DNA from: Candidatus Sericytochromatia bacterium
Lineage (GTDB): Bacteria; Cyanobacteriota; Sericytochromatia; S15B-MN24; VGJW01
DNA: 64,000 nt
NCBI GenBank assembly: GCA_035285865.1
Contig: JAYKHS010000004.1
Location: 32,001 to 96,000, forward strand
Reading direction: 5' to 3'
Below the pieces are notes generated by a model. That model did no database searches and was not told the origin of the DNA. It saw only the letters and a program-made list of their open reading frames with translations. Shown here piece after piece: positions 47,293 to 56,275 of the stretch. A program made the translations under genes and the position numbers. Position 1 is the first letter of the stretch; every line of letters starts with the position of its first letter.

Positions 47293-49443
47293 ATGCAGAC
47301 GCAGAATCCCATGACGGGGCAGCCCGGTCCTCCCAGGCCTCCGCAGGCTCCGGGAACAGCTCCGCTGCAGGGCGCGCCGGGTGCGGTGGCCCGGCCACCG
47401 GGTGTCCCGCCCCAGGGAGCACCGCGCCCCCCGGGACCGCCACCGGGCTTTCCCCCGGGACCCCAGGCACGGCCTCCTGCTGGCCCCCCGCCAGGCTGGT
47501 CCGGGCCTCCGCCCGCCCAGGCTGCGGCACCATCGGCTCCGCCTGCCGCCCCCCCGCAGGGTGCGCCGGGCTGGGGTGGTGCTCCGCCTGCGCCGGCAGC
47601 GCCCAAGCCGGGTGGTTTCGGCCCGCCCCCTGGGGGAGCCGCAGCGCCCAAGCCGGGCGGGTTCGGCCCGCCAACGGCCGCGTTCGGAAAGCCGCCCGCC
47701 CAGGCCGCGGCCTCCTCTGATGGTGCGCTCAAGCGCCTCAAGCTGGGTGAGTGGCTCGTGGCGCTGGGTCTGCATGGCCAGGAGAAGGTCAACGAGGTCG
47801 TTGCAGCCCAGCAGGGCACGGGCCGCAAGATCGGCGAGCTGTTCGTCCAACGCGACATGATCAACGAGAAGGACCTCGAGGATTTGCTGACCTTGCAGGA
47901 ACTGCTGGGTACCCACAGCTCCATCTCCGAGTTCGCCATCGACCCCAAGCTCATGCAGATGGTGCCGCCGCAGTTCGCCAAGCAGAACGGGGTCATCCCC
48001 TTCGGCAAGATCGGTCGTCGCCTGGTCGTCGGCATGAGCCGGCCGGATGATGTCAAGACCCTCGACAGTCTGTCGTTGCTCACGGGCTTTCTGGTAGTGC
48101 CCGTCGTGCTTTCGGACCAGCGGCTCAAGGAGGGTCTTTCTCATCTCTTCGAGAAGAAGTCCGAGACGTCCAACCAGGATGCCATTGCGAGGGCAGTCAA
48201 GTCGGCCGGCAAGGACGACGCGATGTCTGCCGCGGCCCGCAAGATCGAGGACCTTGGGGCAACCAATTCGGATTCCGACGCGCCCATCATCGAACTGGTC
48301 AATTCGATCCTGAACGACAGCATCGAGTCGGGCACCTCGGACATCCATCTCGAGGCTCGCGAGAACTACCTGGAGGTTCGCTTCCGGATGGACGGCGTAC
48401 TCACGAAGATGCTCGAAGTGCCCAAGTCCATCGAGATGTCGGTCTGCACCCGTTTCATGGTCCTGTCCAACATGAACATCACCGAGAAGCGTCGTCCGCA
48501 GGACGGGCGATTCTCCGTCAAGTCCCGGGCGGGCGACAAGATCGATTTCCGTGTCTCGATGATCTCGACGCACTTCGGCATGAAGTTGTGCTTGCGCTTG
48601 TTGCGGCCCATGAACATGAACCGGAGCCTGACGGAGTTGGGTTTCGACCCGGAGGATGTCACCAAGTACCAGCGCCTGCTGCATGCCCCGTCGGGCATCA
48701 TCCTGGTGACGGGACCGACCGGCTCGGGCAAGTCTTCCACGCTGTATGCCAGCCTTGGCATGATGAGCAAGGACACCGAGTCCGTCATCACGATCGAGGA
48801 TCCGGTCGAGTTCCCTTGCGAGGGGATCAGCCAGATTCAGGTGAACCCCAAGATTGATCTGACGTTTGCCGCAGCGCTCAGGACCATCCTGCGTCAGGAT
48901 CCTGACGTCATCATGGTGGGTGAAATCCGCGACCACGAGACCTGCGAAGCCGCTGTCCATGCCGCCATGACGGGCCACCTCGTGCTGTCCACGCTTCACA
49001 CCAATGACGCCGTCCAGACCATCAACCGCCTGATCGAGATGGGTGTGCCGCCGTACATGGTGTCCTCTACCGTCACCGGCGTCGTGGCCCAACGTCTGTT
49101 GCGTCGCGTCTGTCTGAAGTGCAAGATTGAATATCAGGCCAGTGCGGAAGAGCGGGAGTTCCTGGGCGTGGCTGCCGACGCACCCTGCACGCTCGCCAAA
49201 GGCGAAGGTTGCGAGCACTGCAAGCAGACAGGCTTCAAGGGGCAGCTCGCCATCTTTGAGATCTTCATCATGTCCAAGCGCCTGCAGTCGTTGATCAACA
49301 GTGGCGAGTCCGTCCTGTCGATCACCGAAGCCGCGAAGGAAGAAGGCATGACGACCCTGATGGACGACGGCAAGCGCAAGGCCCTGAAGGGTTCCACCAC
49401 CGTTTCAGAAGTCCAGCGCATCTGCGGCCTTGGCGAGTCATGA
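47293..49443 (+). CDS. pilB: Type IV pilus assembly ATPase PilB with MshEN domain
   Basis: SDIHLE, PQDGR, GPTGSGKS, TIEDPVE, LRQDPDVIMVGEIRD, TGHLVLSTLHTN, Zn CxxC pairs; KLGEWLVALG/KIGELFVQ. Confidence 0.95.
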   Translation: MQTQNPMTGQPGPPRPPQAPGTAPLQGAPGAVARPPGVPPQGAPRPPGPPPGFPPGPQARPPAGPPPGWSGPPPAQAAAPSAPPAAPPQGAPGWGGAPPAPAAPKPGGFGPPPGGAAAPKPGGFGPPTAAFGKPPAQAAASSDGALKRLKLGEWLVALGLHGQEKVNEVVAAQQGTGRKIGELFVQRDMINEKDLEDLLTLQELLGTHSSISEFAIDPKLMQMVPPQFAKQNGVIPFGKIGRRLVVGMSRPDDVKTLDSLSLLTGFLVVPVVLSDQRLKEGLSHLFEKKSETSNQDAIARAVKSAGKDDAMSAAARKIEDLGATNSDSDAPIIELVNSILNDSIESGTSDIHLEARENYLEVRFRMDGVLTKMLEVPKSIEMSVCTRFMVLSNMNITEKRRPQDGRFSVKSRAGDKIDFRVSMISTHFGMKLCLRLLRPMNMNRSLTELGFDPEDVTKYQRLLHAPSGIILVTGPTGSGKSSTLYASLGMMSKDTESVITIEDPVEFPCEGISQIQVNPKIDLTFAAALRTILRQDPDVIMVGEIRDHETCEAAVHAAMTGHLVLSTLHTNDAVQTINRLIEMGVPPYMVSSTVTGVVAQRLLRRVCLKCKIEYQASAEEREFLGVAADAPCTLAKGEGCEHCKQTGFKGQLAIFEIFIMSKRLQSLINSGESVLSITEAAKEEGMTTLMDDGKRKALKGSTTVSEVQRICGLGES

Positions 49444-50407
49444 CCCCTTGGGCGTCCGGGCGGCTGCCGCCTGGGTGCTCGATCGGACGCGGCTTGTTCG
49501 TCTGGATGTCTCGGCTGTCGGCAGGCTGGCAGATCGCTGGTTGCAGGACGGGATGCCAACGGCGCCCGACTGGCACGACGGTTGGCACTGGCGGGGCTCC
49601 GACGCCGACACCGCCACTTTCGTTCTGGTCCTCGACACCCTGAACCACTGCTTCTGGCCCGGCTCCCCGCGCTGGTCCGTGACGGGGCCCGACGGGACGC
49701 CGGTGAACGGCTACAGGGCGTTGGCGCACGTGCTTTCCTGTCACGCGCGCAGCGGTGACCGGGCGTTCCTCGATGCTGGCGAACTGGCGTCCATGGATGC
49801 GGGGCGCCTCCGTCGCCTGCTGGGCGGCACGGGCGACTTGCCGTGGCTCGAGGAGCGTGCCCTGCACCTGCGTACGCTGGGATGCTGGCTGCTGGATGCC
49901 TGGGACGGGCGATTTCTCGGTGTGCTCGAGCAGGCAGGTGGGTCGGGGATTGCCGTTGCGCAGCGTGTGCTGGACGCCCAGCCTTCGTTTCGGGACGTCC
50001 CTGTCTGGCAGGGGCGCGCTTTGCCCATGCTCAAGCGCCTGCAGATCCTGGTTGCGGATCTGGCCGCTGCGTTCGGGGGCGAGGGGCCTGGAGCCTTCGA
50101 CGATCTCGAGGCGTTGACCGGCTTCGCCGACTACAAGGTGCCGCAGGTCCTCGAGGCGTTGCATGTCTTGCGGTATGACCCGCATCTGGAAAGTGCGCTG
50201 GAGCGCGGCGAGGAGTTGCCGTGGGGGTCCGAACCCGAGTTGGCCATCCGCGCGGCGACGCTTGCGGCGGTGGATGCATTGGCCGATGCATGTGCTGAAC
50301 GGGGACACCGTGTGCGACCGTTGGACGTGGACGTGCATCTGTGGACCATGGGGCAGACGATGCCGCTGCCGCGGCCCTACCATCGGACACGAACCTGGTT
50401 TTATTAG
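49430..50407 (+). CDS. Queuosine salvage N-glycosylase (DUF2419/Qng1 family)
   Basis: DTLNHCFW, GY..L, SFRD, KRLQILVADL, LTGFADYKVPQVL, ELAIRA, D..LW, HRTRTWFY. Confidence 0.8.
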   Translation: MASHDPLGVRAAAAWVLDRTRLVRLDVSAVGRLADRWLQDGMPTAPDWHDGWHWRGSDADTATFVLVLDTLNHCFWPGSPRWSVTGPDGTPVNGYRALAHVLSCHARSGDRAFLDAGELASMDAGRLRRLLGGTGDLPWLEERALHLRTLGCWLLDAWDGRFLGVLEQAGGSGIAVAQRVLDAQPSFRDVPVWQGRALPMLKRLQILVADLAAAFGGEGPGAFDDLEALTGFADYKVPQVLEALHVLRYDPHLESALERGEELPWGSEPELAIRAATLAAVDALADACAERGHRVRPLDVDVHLWTMGQTMPLPRPYHRTRTWFY

Positions 50408-50517
50408 ACAAATCCTGTCGTGGTTGGCTGGATTTGCAACACGTCTGAAAAGTGTCTAACCTATTGTAGTCTCACTGTTGTCTTGATTTTGCCTCACCAG
50501 CAAGGAGCATCCAGCCC

Positions 50518-51186
50518 ATGGACCTGAAGAAGGCCTTCGAGGCCCTTGGTACGGGAGGGGGCGAATGGGTCCTCTGGGTGCTCGTCGCCCTGTCTGTCCT
50601 GTCGATCGCCATCGTGCTGGATCGCGTCTGGTACTTCTGGTCCAACCGGGAGCAGCCAGAAGTGGTCATGGGGCGGGGCATGGCGGCCCTGACCACCGGC
50701 CAGTGGTCGATGCCGGAGGTCTCCGGAAACGGGCCGGTCGGCAGGATGTTCCGATTGGCCGGTGAGGACTGGGCTCTGGGTGCCGAGCGTCTGCGCGCAA
50801 GGCTCGTGGCGCAACGCCTTCAGGAGCGCGCGGCGGCCGAGCGCGGACTCGTGCTGCTCGGTACGCTGGGCAACAACTCGCCGTTCATCGGGCTCTTCGG
50901 CACGGTTCTCGGCATCATCAAGTCGTTCCGTGACCTCGGCTCGGCAACGAACCAGGGACCGGCAGTCGTCATGACGGGCCTGTCCGAGGCGCTCGTTGCG
51001 ACGGCCGTCGGCATCTTGGTCGCCATTCCCGCCGTCATTGCCTACAACTTGGTCAACCGGCGCATCCGCGTCATGGACTATCGCCTCGAGGAGGCCTCCG
51101 AGGCCGTGGTTGCCCTGGCCAAGGCGACCTCGGCGGGGTCCGGTGCGGTCGAACGCGAGGAGGCCGGCCGTGCACGCGGGGCGTGA
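50518..51186 (+). CDS. exbB: ExbB/TolQ proton channel
   Basis: LGTLGNNSPFIGLFGTVLGII, GLSEALVATAVGILVAIPA. Confidence 0.9.
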   Translation: MDLKKAFEALGTGGGEWVLWVLVALSVLSIAIVLDRVWYFWSNREQPEVVMGRGMAALTTGQWSMPEVSGNGPVGRMFRLAGEDWALGAERLRARLVAQRLQERAAAERGLVLLGTLGNNSPFIGLFGTVLGIIKSFRDLGSATNQGPAVVMTGLSEALVATAVGILVAIPAVIAYNLVNRRIRVMDYRLEEASEAVVALAKATSAGSGAVEREEAGRARGA

Positions 51187-51568
51187 CGAGGATGCCATTG
51201 TCGACATCAACGTCACGCCGTTGGTCGACATCACGCTGGTCTTGCTCATCATCTTCCTGGCCACCAGCTATCTGATTGCCCAGCAGTCGCTCAAGGTGGA
51301 GTTGCCCAAAGCCAGCCGAACCCAGGCGACCGAGGCACGGACGGTGGCCATCATGGTGAAGGACACGGGCGAGATCGTGATGGACGGCAAAGCTGTCTCC
51401 ACTGAGGTGCTCCGCGAGGATCTGGAGGCCCTTCGGCAACGTCGTCCGGATCTCCAGATCGTGGTCGGTGCCGATGCGGCCGTACCGCATGGTCGGGTCG
51501 TCGACGTGATGGATGCGGCGCGTGTCGCCGGGGTCGAAAAGATTGCCTTCGCCGTCGACCGACGCTGA
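51170..51568 (+). CDS. exbD: ExbD/TolR
   Basis: INVTPLVDITLVLLIIF, VELP, AD..VPHGRVVDVMD; GTG start with GAGGAGG. Confidence 0.9.
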   Translation: MHAGRDEDAIVDINVTPLVDITLVLLIIFLATSYLIAQQSLKVELPKASRTQATEARTVAIMVKDTGEIVMDGKAVSTEVLREDLEALRQRRPDLQIVVGADAAVPHGRVVDVMDAARVAGVEKIAFAVDRR

Positions 51569-52529
51569 GCGTCGCCCGGCACCGGCAGTCCCTGTCTGGA
51601 GGCCTGCCGGCCCGCAGCGCGAAAATCGTCTGGGGCGCATCGTCATCGTCTCGGTCGTCGTCCACCTTGCCTTGGCGTGGTTCCTGACCCAAGTCGAGTT
51701 CGGCCGGCAACTGGTCCAGAAGGTCGTCAGTGTTCGACTCGTCGAACGCAAGCGCCCTCCGAAGCCCCCGCCACCCAAGCCCAAGCCCGTCAAGGCTCGT
51801 CCCAAGGCGCCACCCAAGGTCGCTCCCCAGCAGCGTCCGCAAACGGCATTGGCTCCTGGTGCGGCCGGAACGGCTGGGGTCGGCATCGCTGACGATGGTG
51901 GCCAGACCGGCACGGTCGAGGTACCGGTTGGTGCCGGTCTGGATCTGCCGGCCACGCCAAGTGCCCCGCCTCCTCTGGTCGTCGAGGTCGGGGACAGCGA
52001 CGGGGTGGCTGCCATTTCGCGCCAACCCGAGGCCATCGGGGGGCTCCGCATCGCCTACCCTGAGGTTGCGCGCATCGGAGGCGTGCAGGGTGACGCCGAG
52101 GTGCAGGCCTACGTGGATGCCTCGGGTTTCGTACGCTCGGCCGCCTTGCGTCGTGCGTCGACACCGCTCTTCGGTCGGGCAGCCGTCGAGGCCGTGCGCC
52201 AGAGTCGCTTTCTGCCTGCCTTGCGTCTGGGCGTGCCTGTCGCGGCCACGATCCGCGTGCCTGTCCGGTTCACGCTCAATGCCGCGCGCGTTCTGGAGGC
52301 CACGGCCAGCCTGATCGTCGAGGGCGACGACACCGAAGCCCCGGAACCCGAGGTAGGGGCCACGCCGTCGGCCCAGGTCGCGACGCCTTCGGCGGGTGCT
52401 GAGTCGATGGGCCAGGTCGGTGCACCTGCTGGCGCGTCGGTTGCCGATTATGGCCGACCAGAGGCGTCTGCGAGCGGCACCGTTCCGGTTTCCCTTGAGG
52501 CCAGCGCGTCGATGGAGGTGACGCCTTGA
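51543..52529 (+). CDS. tonB: TonB family energy transducer
   Basis: TM with SxxxH (SVVVH), Pro/Lys linker, YPEVARIGGVQG..F.PA..PVRF; start uncertain. Confidence 0.85.
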   Translation: MPSPSTDAERRPAPAVPVWRPAGPQRENRLGRIVIVSVVVHLALAWFLTQVEFGRQLVQKVVSVRLVERKRPPKPPPPKPKPVKARPKAPPKVAPQQRPQTALAPGAAGTAGVGIADDGGQTGTVEVPVGAGLDLPATPSAPPPLVVEVGDSDGVAAISRQPEAIGGLRIAYPEVARIGGVQGDAEVQAYVDASGFVRSAALRRASTPLFGRAAVEAVRQSRFLPALRLGVPVAATIRVPVRFTLNAARVLEATASLIVEGDDTEAPEPEVGATPSAQVATPSAGAESMGQVGAPAGASVADYGRPEASASGTVPVSLEASASMEVTP

Positions 52530-54847
52530 CCGTCGGTTCGTCTCGTGTCGCGTCTCACTTCGCGGCGACACTGCCGATGCTGCTGTTGGTTGCCCTGCCG
52601 GCCGGTGCGGCAGACCTCGAGGGGACGGTGCGGGATCGTGCCACCCGTCAGCCCGTTCGCGGCGCCGTCGTCTCGGTGGTCGGACCCGGGCGGACCGTAA
52701 CGGTGACCGAGGATGGAACGTGGCGTCTTGGCGGTGTGCCCGAGGGCTTGTGGCGGGTCAAGGTGGAGGCGGAAGGCTATGTCTCGTGGGTTTCGGAGCC
52801 TTTGCCGTTCCGCGACGACAGGCCGGTGGTTCTCAAACTGCGTTTGCGGCCCGGCATCGTGACTGTCCCGGGGCAGAAGGTAGCGGCGGATCGCCCTTCG
52901 GTGCTCGCGCAGACTCAGCCGTCCCGACGCTCGTTCACGGCCGAGGACGTTCGTCGGATTGCCGGCGCGCGTAACGATGCCGTGCTCGCGGTGACCAACT
53001 CTGCCGGGGTCAAGACCGGCGGGTTTGGGGGCAACTTGGTCATTCGGGGCGGTGGGCCTAACGACAATCGCTACTTCTTCGACGACGTCCAGATCGGCAA
53101 TCCCTTTCACCTCGGCGGCCTGCTGAGCGTATTCAATAGCAACACTATTGCCAAGGTCGACCTGTATCAGGGAGCCATCCCGGCCCGATTCCCCAATGTG
53201 CAGTCGGCAGTCATCGACATCGAGACCCGCCGACCGGCCGACGACGGCCTGCACGCAGTTCTTGAATCCAACCTGTTGTACTCCGAGGGCCTCATCGAGG
53301 GGCCGTTGGGTGGGGGTGTGTTGTTCTCGGGCGCGCTCCGGCGCAGCTATATCGATCTCATCGTCGGGCGATTTTTCGAGGAAGGTCAGATTTTCCCGTA
53401 CTTCACGGATCGTCAGTTCAAGCTGCTGGCACCCATTCCGGGTGGTGGCCAGGTCGAACTCACCCATCTCGCTTCCGTGGACCAGGCCCGAATCAAGGTG
53501 CCCCAGACCGGCGATGCCACGTCTTCCATCGACAGCTTCGGTCTCGATACCGGTTTCACGGCGACGGGACTCTCGTGGCGACAGCCGCTCGGAGATCAAC
53601 TGTCCAACAAGTTGATCCTGAACTACCAGGATCCGTCGACCGACTTCAAGCTGGGACGTCTCGTGAGCGTCAACGAAAGCCGCTACACGTTCTCGGTCAT
53701 CAACGATCTGGTCTGGCAGATCGATGCGGGACGGCAACTTCGGACCGGTCTGCGCTACGACACCATCAATTACTTGTCCCTCAGGACCCAGCCGGATCTG
53801 TCGCTTCTGCCTCGGGGACAGGGCGGCGGGCCACCCGGTGCGGGCAGCGGCGGGGCTGCCGGGAACGTGGCCGGGGTGGGACGGACGACGGACATCGAGC
53901 GATTGCCTCGCGTGACCTCCGAGACTTCGGGCAATCAGAAGCAATATGGCATCTACGTCGAGGACGAATGGCGCCCGAGTGAGACAGTCACCATCGCCTA
54001 CGGTGCTCGTGCAGAGCATCTCAATCCCCCGCAGGGCAGCACGGGCAACGGCATCGACACCTTCGGGCCACGCGGTGGCGTGACCTGGCGTGTCGACCCT
54101 GACAACACGCTAAGGCTTTCTCTCGGCCAGCAACATCAGTTTCCGGGCGTCGTTCAGACCCTGCCGACCATCGGCAATCCTGACTTGCAGAACTCGTGGG
54201 TGAACGACCACATCGTCGGGTGGGATCGCCAGATCAACGAGTTCGTGCTTGGGCGCTTCGAGGGCTACTTCCGCGAACTCCGGAACTTGTCCGATCGCAA
54301 CGATCCCGGTCAGCGCCCACCGTTCGTCAATAGCCTGAGCGGTCGGGCCTATGGCCTCGAAGGCACCTTGGATCTGGCCCCGTGGCAGGGGTGGCAGGGC
54401 AGTCTGGCCGTCAGCCTGTCCCGTGCCTTCCGGACGGGGCGAAGTGGTATCGAGATCCCCTATGACTTCGATCAACCGCTGACCCTCAACCTGACGCTTG
54501 CTGCCCCCGAGACCTGGGGGTGGAAGCCCTCGTTGAAGTTCCGGTATGCCTCAGGTCGCCCCTACACCCCGGTCGTGGACCGGCGTCTGAATGCCTTCGG
54601 GGAGTACGACGGCGTGCCTTCCGACCAGCCCAACTCGGCGCGTTACCCGGATGGATCGGTGTATGCGGCGCGGATCGAGCGACCTGCTCCCACCTGGGGC
54701 AAGAAAGGTTCGTTTTATATCGAGGTCCAGGCCCAGCGGGAAGTGGTCAATGTCGATTACGGCAAGGAGTTCGAGAAGATCGGCAATCCGACGTTCCAGT
54801 TCGGTCTGCCGGCCATTCCGTACCTCGGTTACACGATGACCTGGTGA
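52526..54847 (+). CDS. TonB-dependent outer-membrane receptor
   Basis: Signal peptide, carboxypeptidase-regulatory-like N-domain, plug (IRGG..DNRYFFD), GNPDL, GRAYGLE, YASGRPYTP, C-terminal Trp. Confidence 0.88.
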   Translation: MTVGSSRVASHFAATLPMLLLVALPAGAADLEGTVRDRATRQPVRGAVVSVVGPGRTVTVTEDGTWRLGGVPEGLWRVKVEAEGYVSWVSEPLPFRDDRPVVLKLRLRPGIVTVPGQKVAADRPSVLAQTQPSRRSFTAEDVRRIAGARNDAVLAVTNSAGVKTGGFGGNLVIRGGGPNDNRYFFDDVQIGNPFHLGGLLSVFNSNTIAKVDLYQGAIPARFPNVQSAVIDIETRRPADDGLHAVLESNLLYSEGLIEGPLGGGVLFSGALRRSYIDLIVGRFFEEGQIFPYFTDRQFKLLAPIPGGGQVELTHLASVDQARIKVPQTGDATSSIDSFGLDTGFTATGLSWRQPLGDQLSNKLILNYQDPSTDFKLGRLVSVNESRYTFSVINDLVWQIDAGRQLRTGLRYDTINYLSLRTQPDLSLLPRGQGGGPPGAGSGGAAGNVAGVGRTTDIERLPRVTSETSGNQKQYGIYVEDEWRPSETVTIAYGARAEHLNPPQGSTGNGIDTFGPRGGVTWRVDPDNTLRLSLGQQHQFPGVVQTLPTIGNPDLQNSWVNDHIVGWDRQINEFVLGRFEGYFRELRNLSDRNDPGQRPPFVNSLSGRAYGLEGTLDLAPWQGWQGSLAVSLSRAFRTGRSGIEIPYDFDQPLTLNLTLAAPETWGWKPSLKFRYASGRPYTPVVDRRLNAFGEYDGVPSDQPNSARYPDGSVYAARIERPAPTWGKKGSFYIEVQAQREVVNVDYGKEFEKIGNPTFQFGLPAIPYLGYTMTW

Positions 54848-54855
54848 TCGTGGGA

Positions 54856-54887
54856 CGGGCCCCGGGTCTTGGGTGACACGGGGCCCG
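54856..54887. terminator. Hairpin between convergent genes
   Basis: cgggccccg...cggggcccg inverted repeat. Confidence 0.5.
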
Positions 54888-54913
54888 ATTCACGTCCTGC
54901 AAAGCCGATGGCT

Positions 54914-56275
54914 TCAGCCGCGGGAGCCCGCGGGTGCCTTGGCCTTTTCGAGGAACCTGCCGCACAGATGATTCAGGGCGACAGCCGCCATCTCGCGGGC
55001 AAGGAGCGAGTCCTTGATCTCGGACAGCCGCTCCAGTGCTTCGGAAAGTCCCTTCCCGTCCTTCAGCGTTTCCTGCAGGGTGATGGCGAAGAAGGCGTCC
55101 ACGGCCTTGCGCTCGTCGTCGATCAGCTTCGACCAGACACCCTGGAAGTCCACGATACGCTGCTGGAAAGGTGCCTTGGCATCGCGCGGGACATTGAACC
55201 GCTTGCTGAAATCCGTCCGGATGTCCAGCTCGATCTCGAGCGTTTCCTTGAGTTCGTCGAGGCTGCCGGGGTCGACCAGCATCCAGGTCTTGGCCGAACG
55301 GAAGAACTCAAGCTCGGTCTGGGTCTCGCCGGCGAGTTTGCTGGCGGACGCCATCTGGCCATGGGCGTCGCCCAGCCTCGAGCTCATGTCCTCGACGCGG
55401 GCTTCCAGTTCGGTCCTTGCCTTCTGGGCCTCGTCGCGCGTGCGCAGTGCCGTTTCGAGCGAGGCCTTGGCCTCCGTCAGATCCTTAGTAAGGCGCTCAC
55501 CCTGCCGCAGGGCATCCTCGAGGTCGCGCTTGAGTTGGGAGATGGGCTGGCTCTTCGACGAGACCTCCTCCTTCAGGCGGCGCTGATCGTGGGACAGGTC
55601 CGCCACCTTGCTCATGAGCGACTCCCGCTCCTTGCGCCACAGCTCCTCGGCCTTGGCGATGTCACCTTCTCGCTTGTCCTTGGCCTGCTCGAGCAGCTTC
55701 TTGACCTTCTCCAGTTCGGTGCGAACCTTGGCCAGCTCCTTCTCGTGGTCGGCCTTCAGGCGATCCAGCTCCTTGGCATCCACGCCACCGACCACTGGTT
55801 CAGCCTCGGGAGCCTCGACGATCGCCGGGGGGATCGTGGCCAATACCTTCTCAGGGAACTCGAAGGGACCAACCCAAGCGTAAACTTCGACATTGCGGTT
55901 CCCGGCCTGCTCGAGCCAAGTCTTGAAGGTCTTCTTCAGGGCAGTGACTGCCTTGGCCTCGGTGGAGATGATGCGTGGCTTCTTGCCCTTGCTCTCGTCC
56001 TCCTCGGCGTATTCCGTGAAGCTCGGAACCTCACCCAGTTCGGCCTTGGTCTGCCACGCGAGGAAGGCGCGTTGGCGCAGCGGAAAGTCATCCGCCACGG
56101 CGGACGAGAGCCATGCATCGATCATGGGTTCCTTGGCCTTGTCGGCACCCATCTTGCGTTCCATCTGGAAGCGCATCTTGGCCTTGTCGTCCTCCAGGAT
56201 CAGCTGGCGCTTCACCTTGGGTTCGAGGTCTGCGAGCAGGGCTGCGACCGCCCGAGGGAAGGCGTCAGTAGTCAA
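54914..56275 (-). CDS. Hypothetical protein with long central coiled coil
   Basis: TTG start with AAGGAG RBS; about 150 aa of K/E/L heptads; overlaps the upstream gene by 11 bp. Confidence 0.7.
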   Translation of the reverse strand: MTTDAFPRAVAALLADLEPKVKRQLILEDDKAKMRFQMERKMGADKAKEPMIDAWLSSAVADDFPLRQRAFLAWQTKAELGEVPSFTEYAEEDESKGKKPRIISTEAKAVTALKKTFKTWLEQAGNRNVEVYAWVGPFEFPEKVLATIPPAIVEAPEAEPVVGGVDAKELDRLKADHEKELAKVRTELEKVKKLLEQAKDKREGDIAKAEELWRKERESLMSKVADLSHDQRRLKEEVSSKSQPISQLKRDLEDALRQGERLTKDLTEAKASLETALRTRDEAQKARTELEARVEDMSSRLGDAHGQMASASKLAGETQTELEFFRSAKTWMLVDPGSLDELKETLEIELDIRTDFSKRFNVPRDAKAPFQQRIVDFQGVWSKLIDDERKAVDAFFAITLQETLKDGKGLSEALERLSEIKDSLLAREMAAVALNHLCGRFLEKAKAPAGSRG

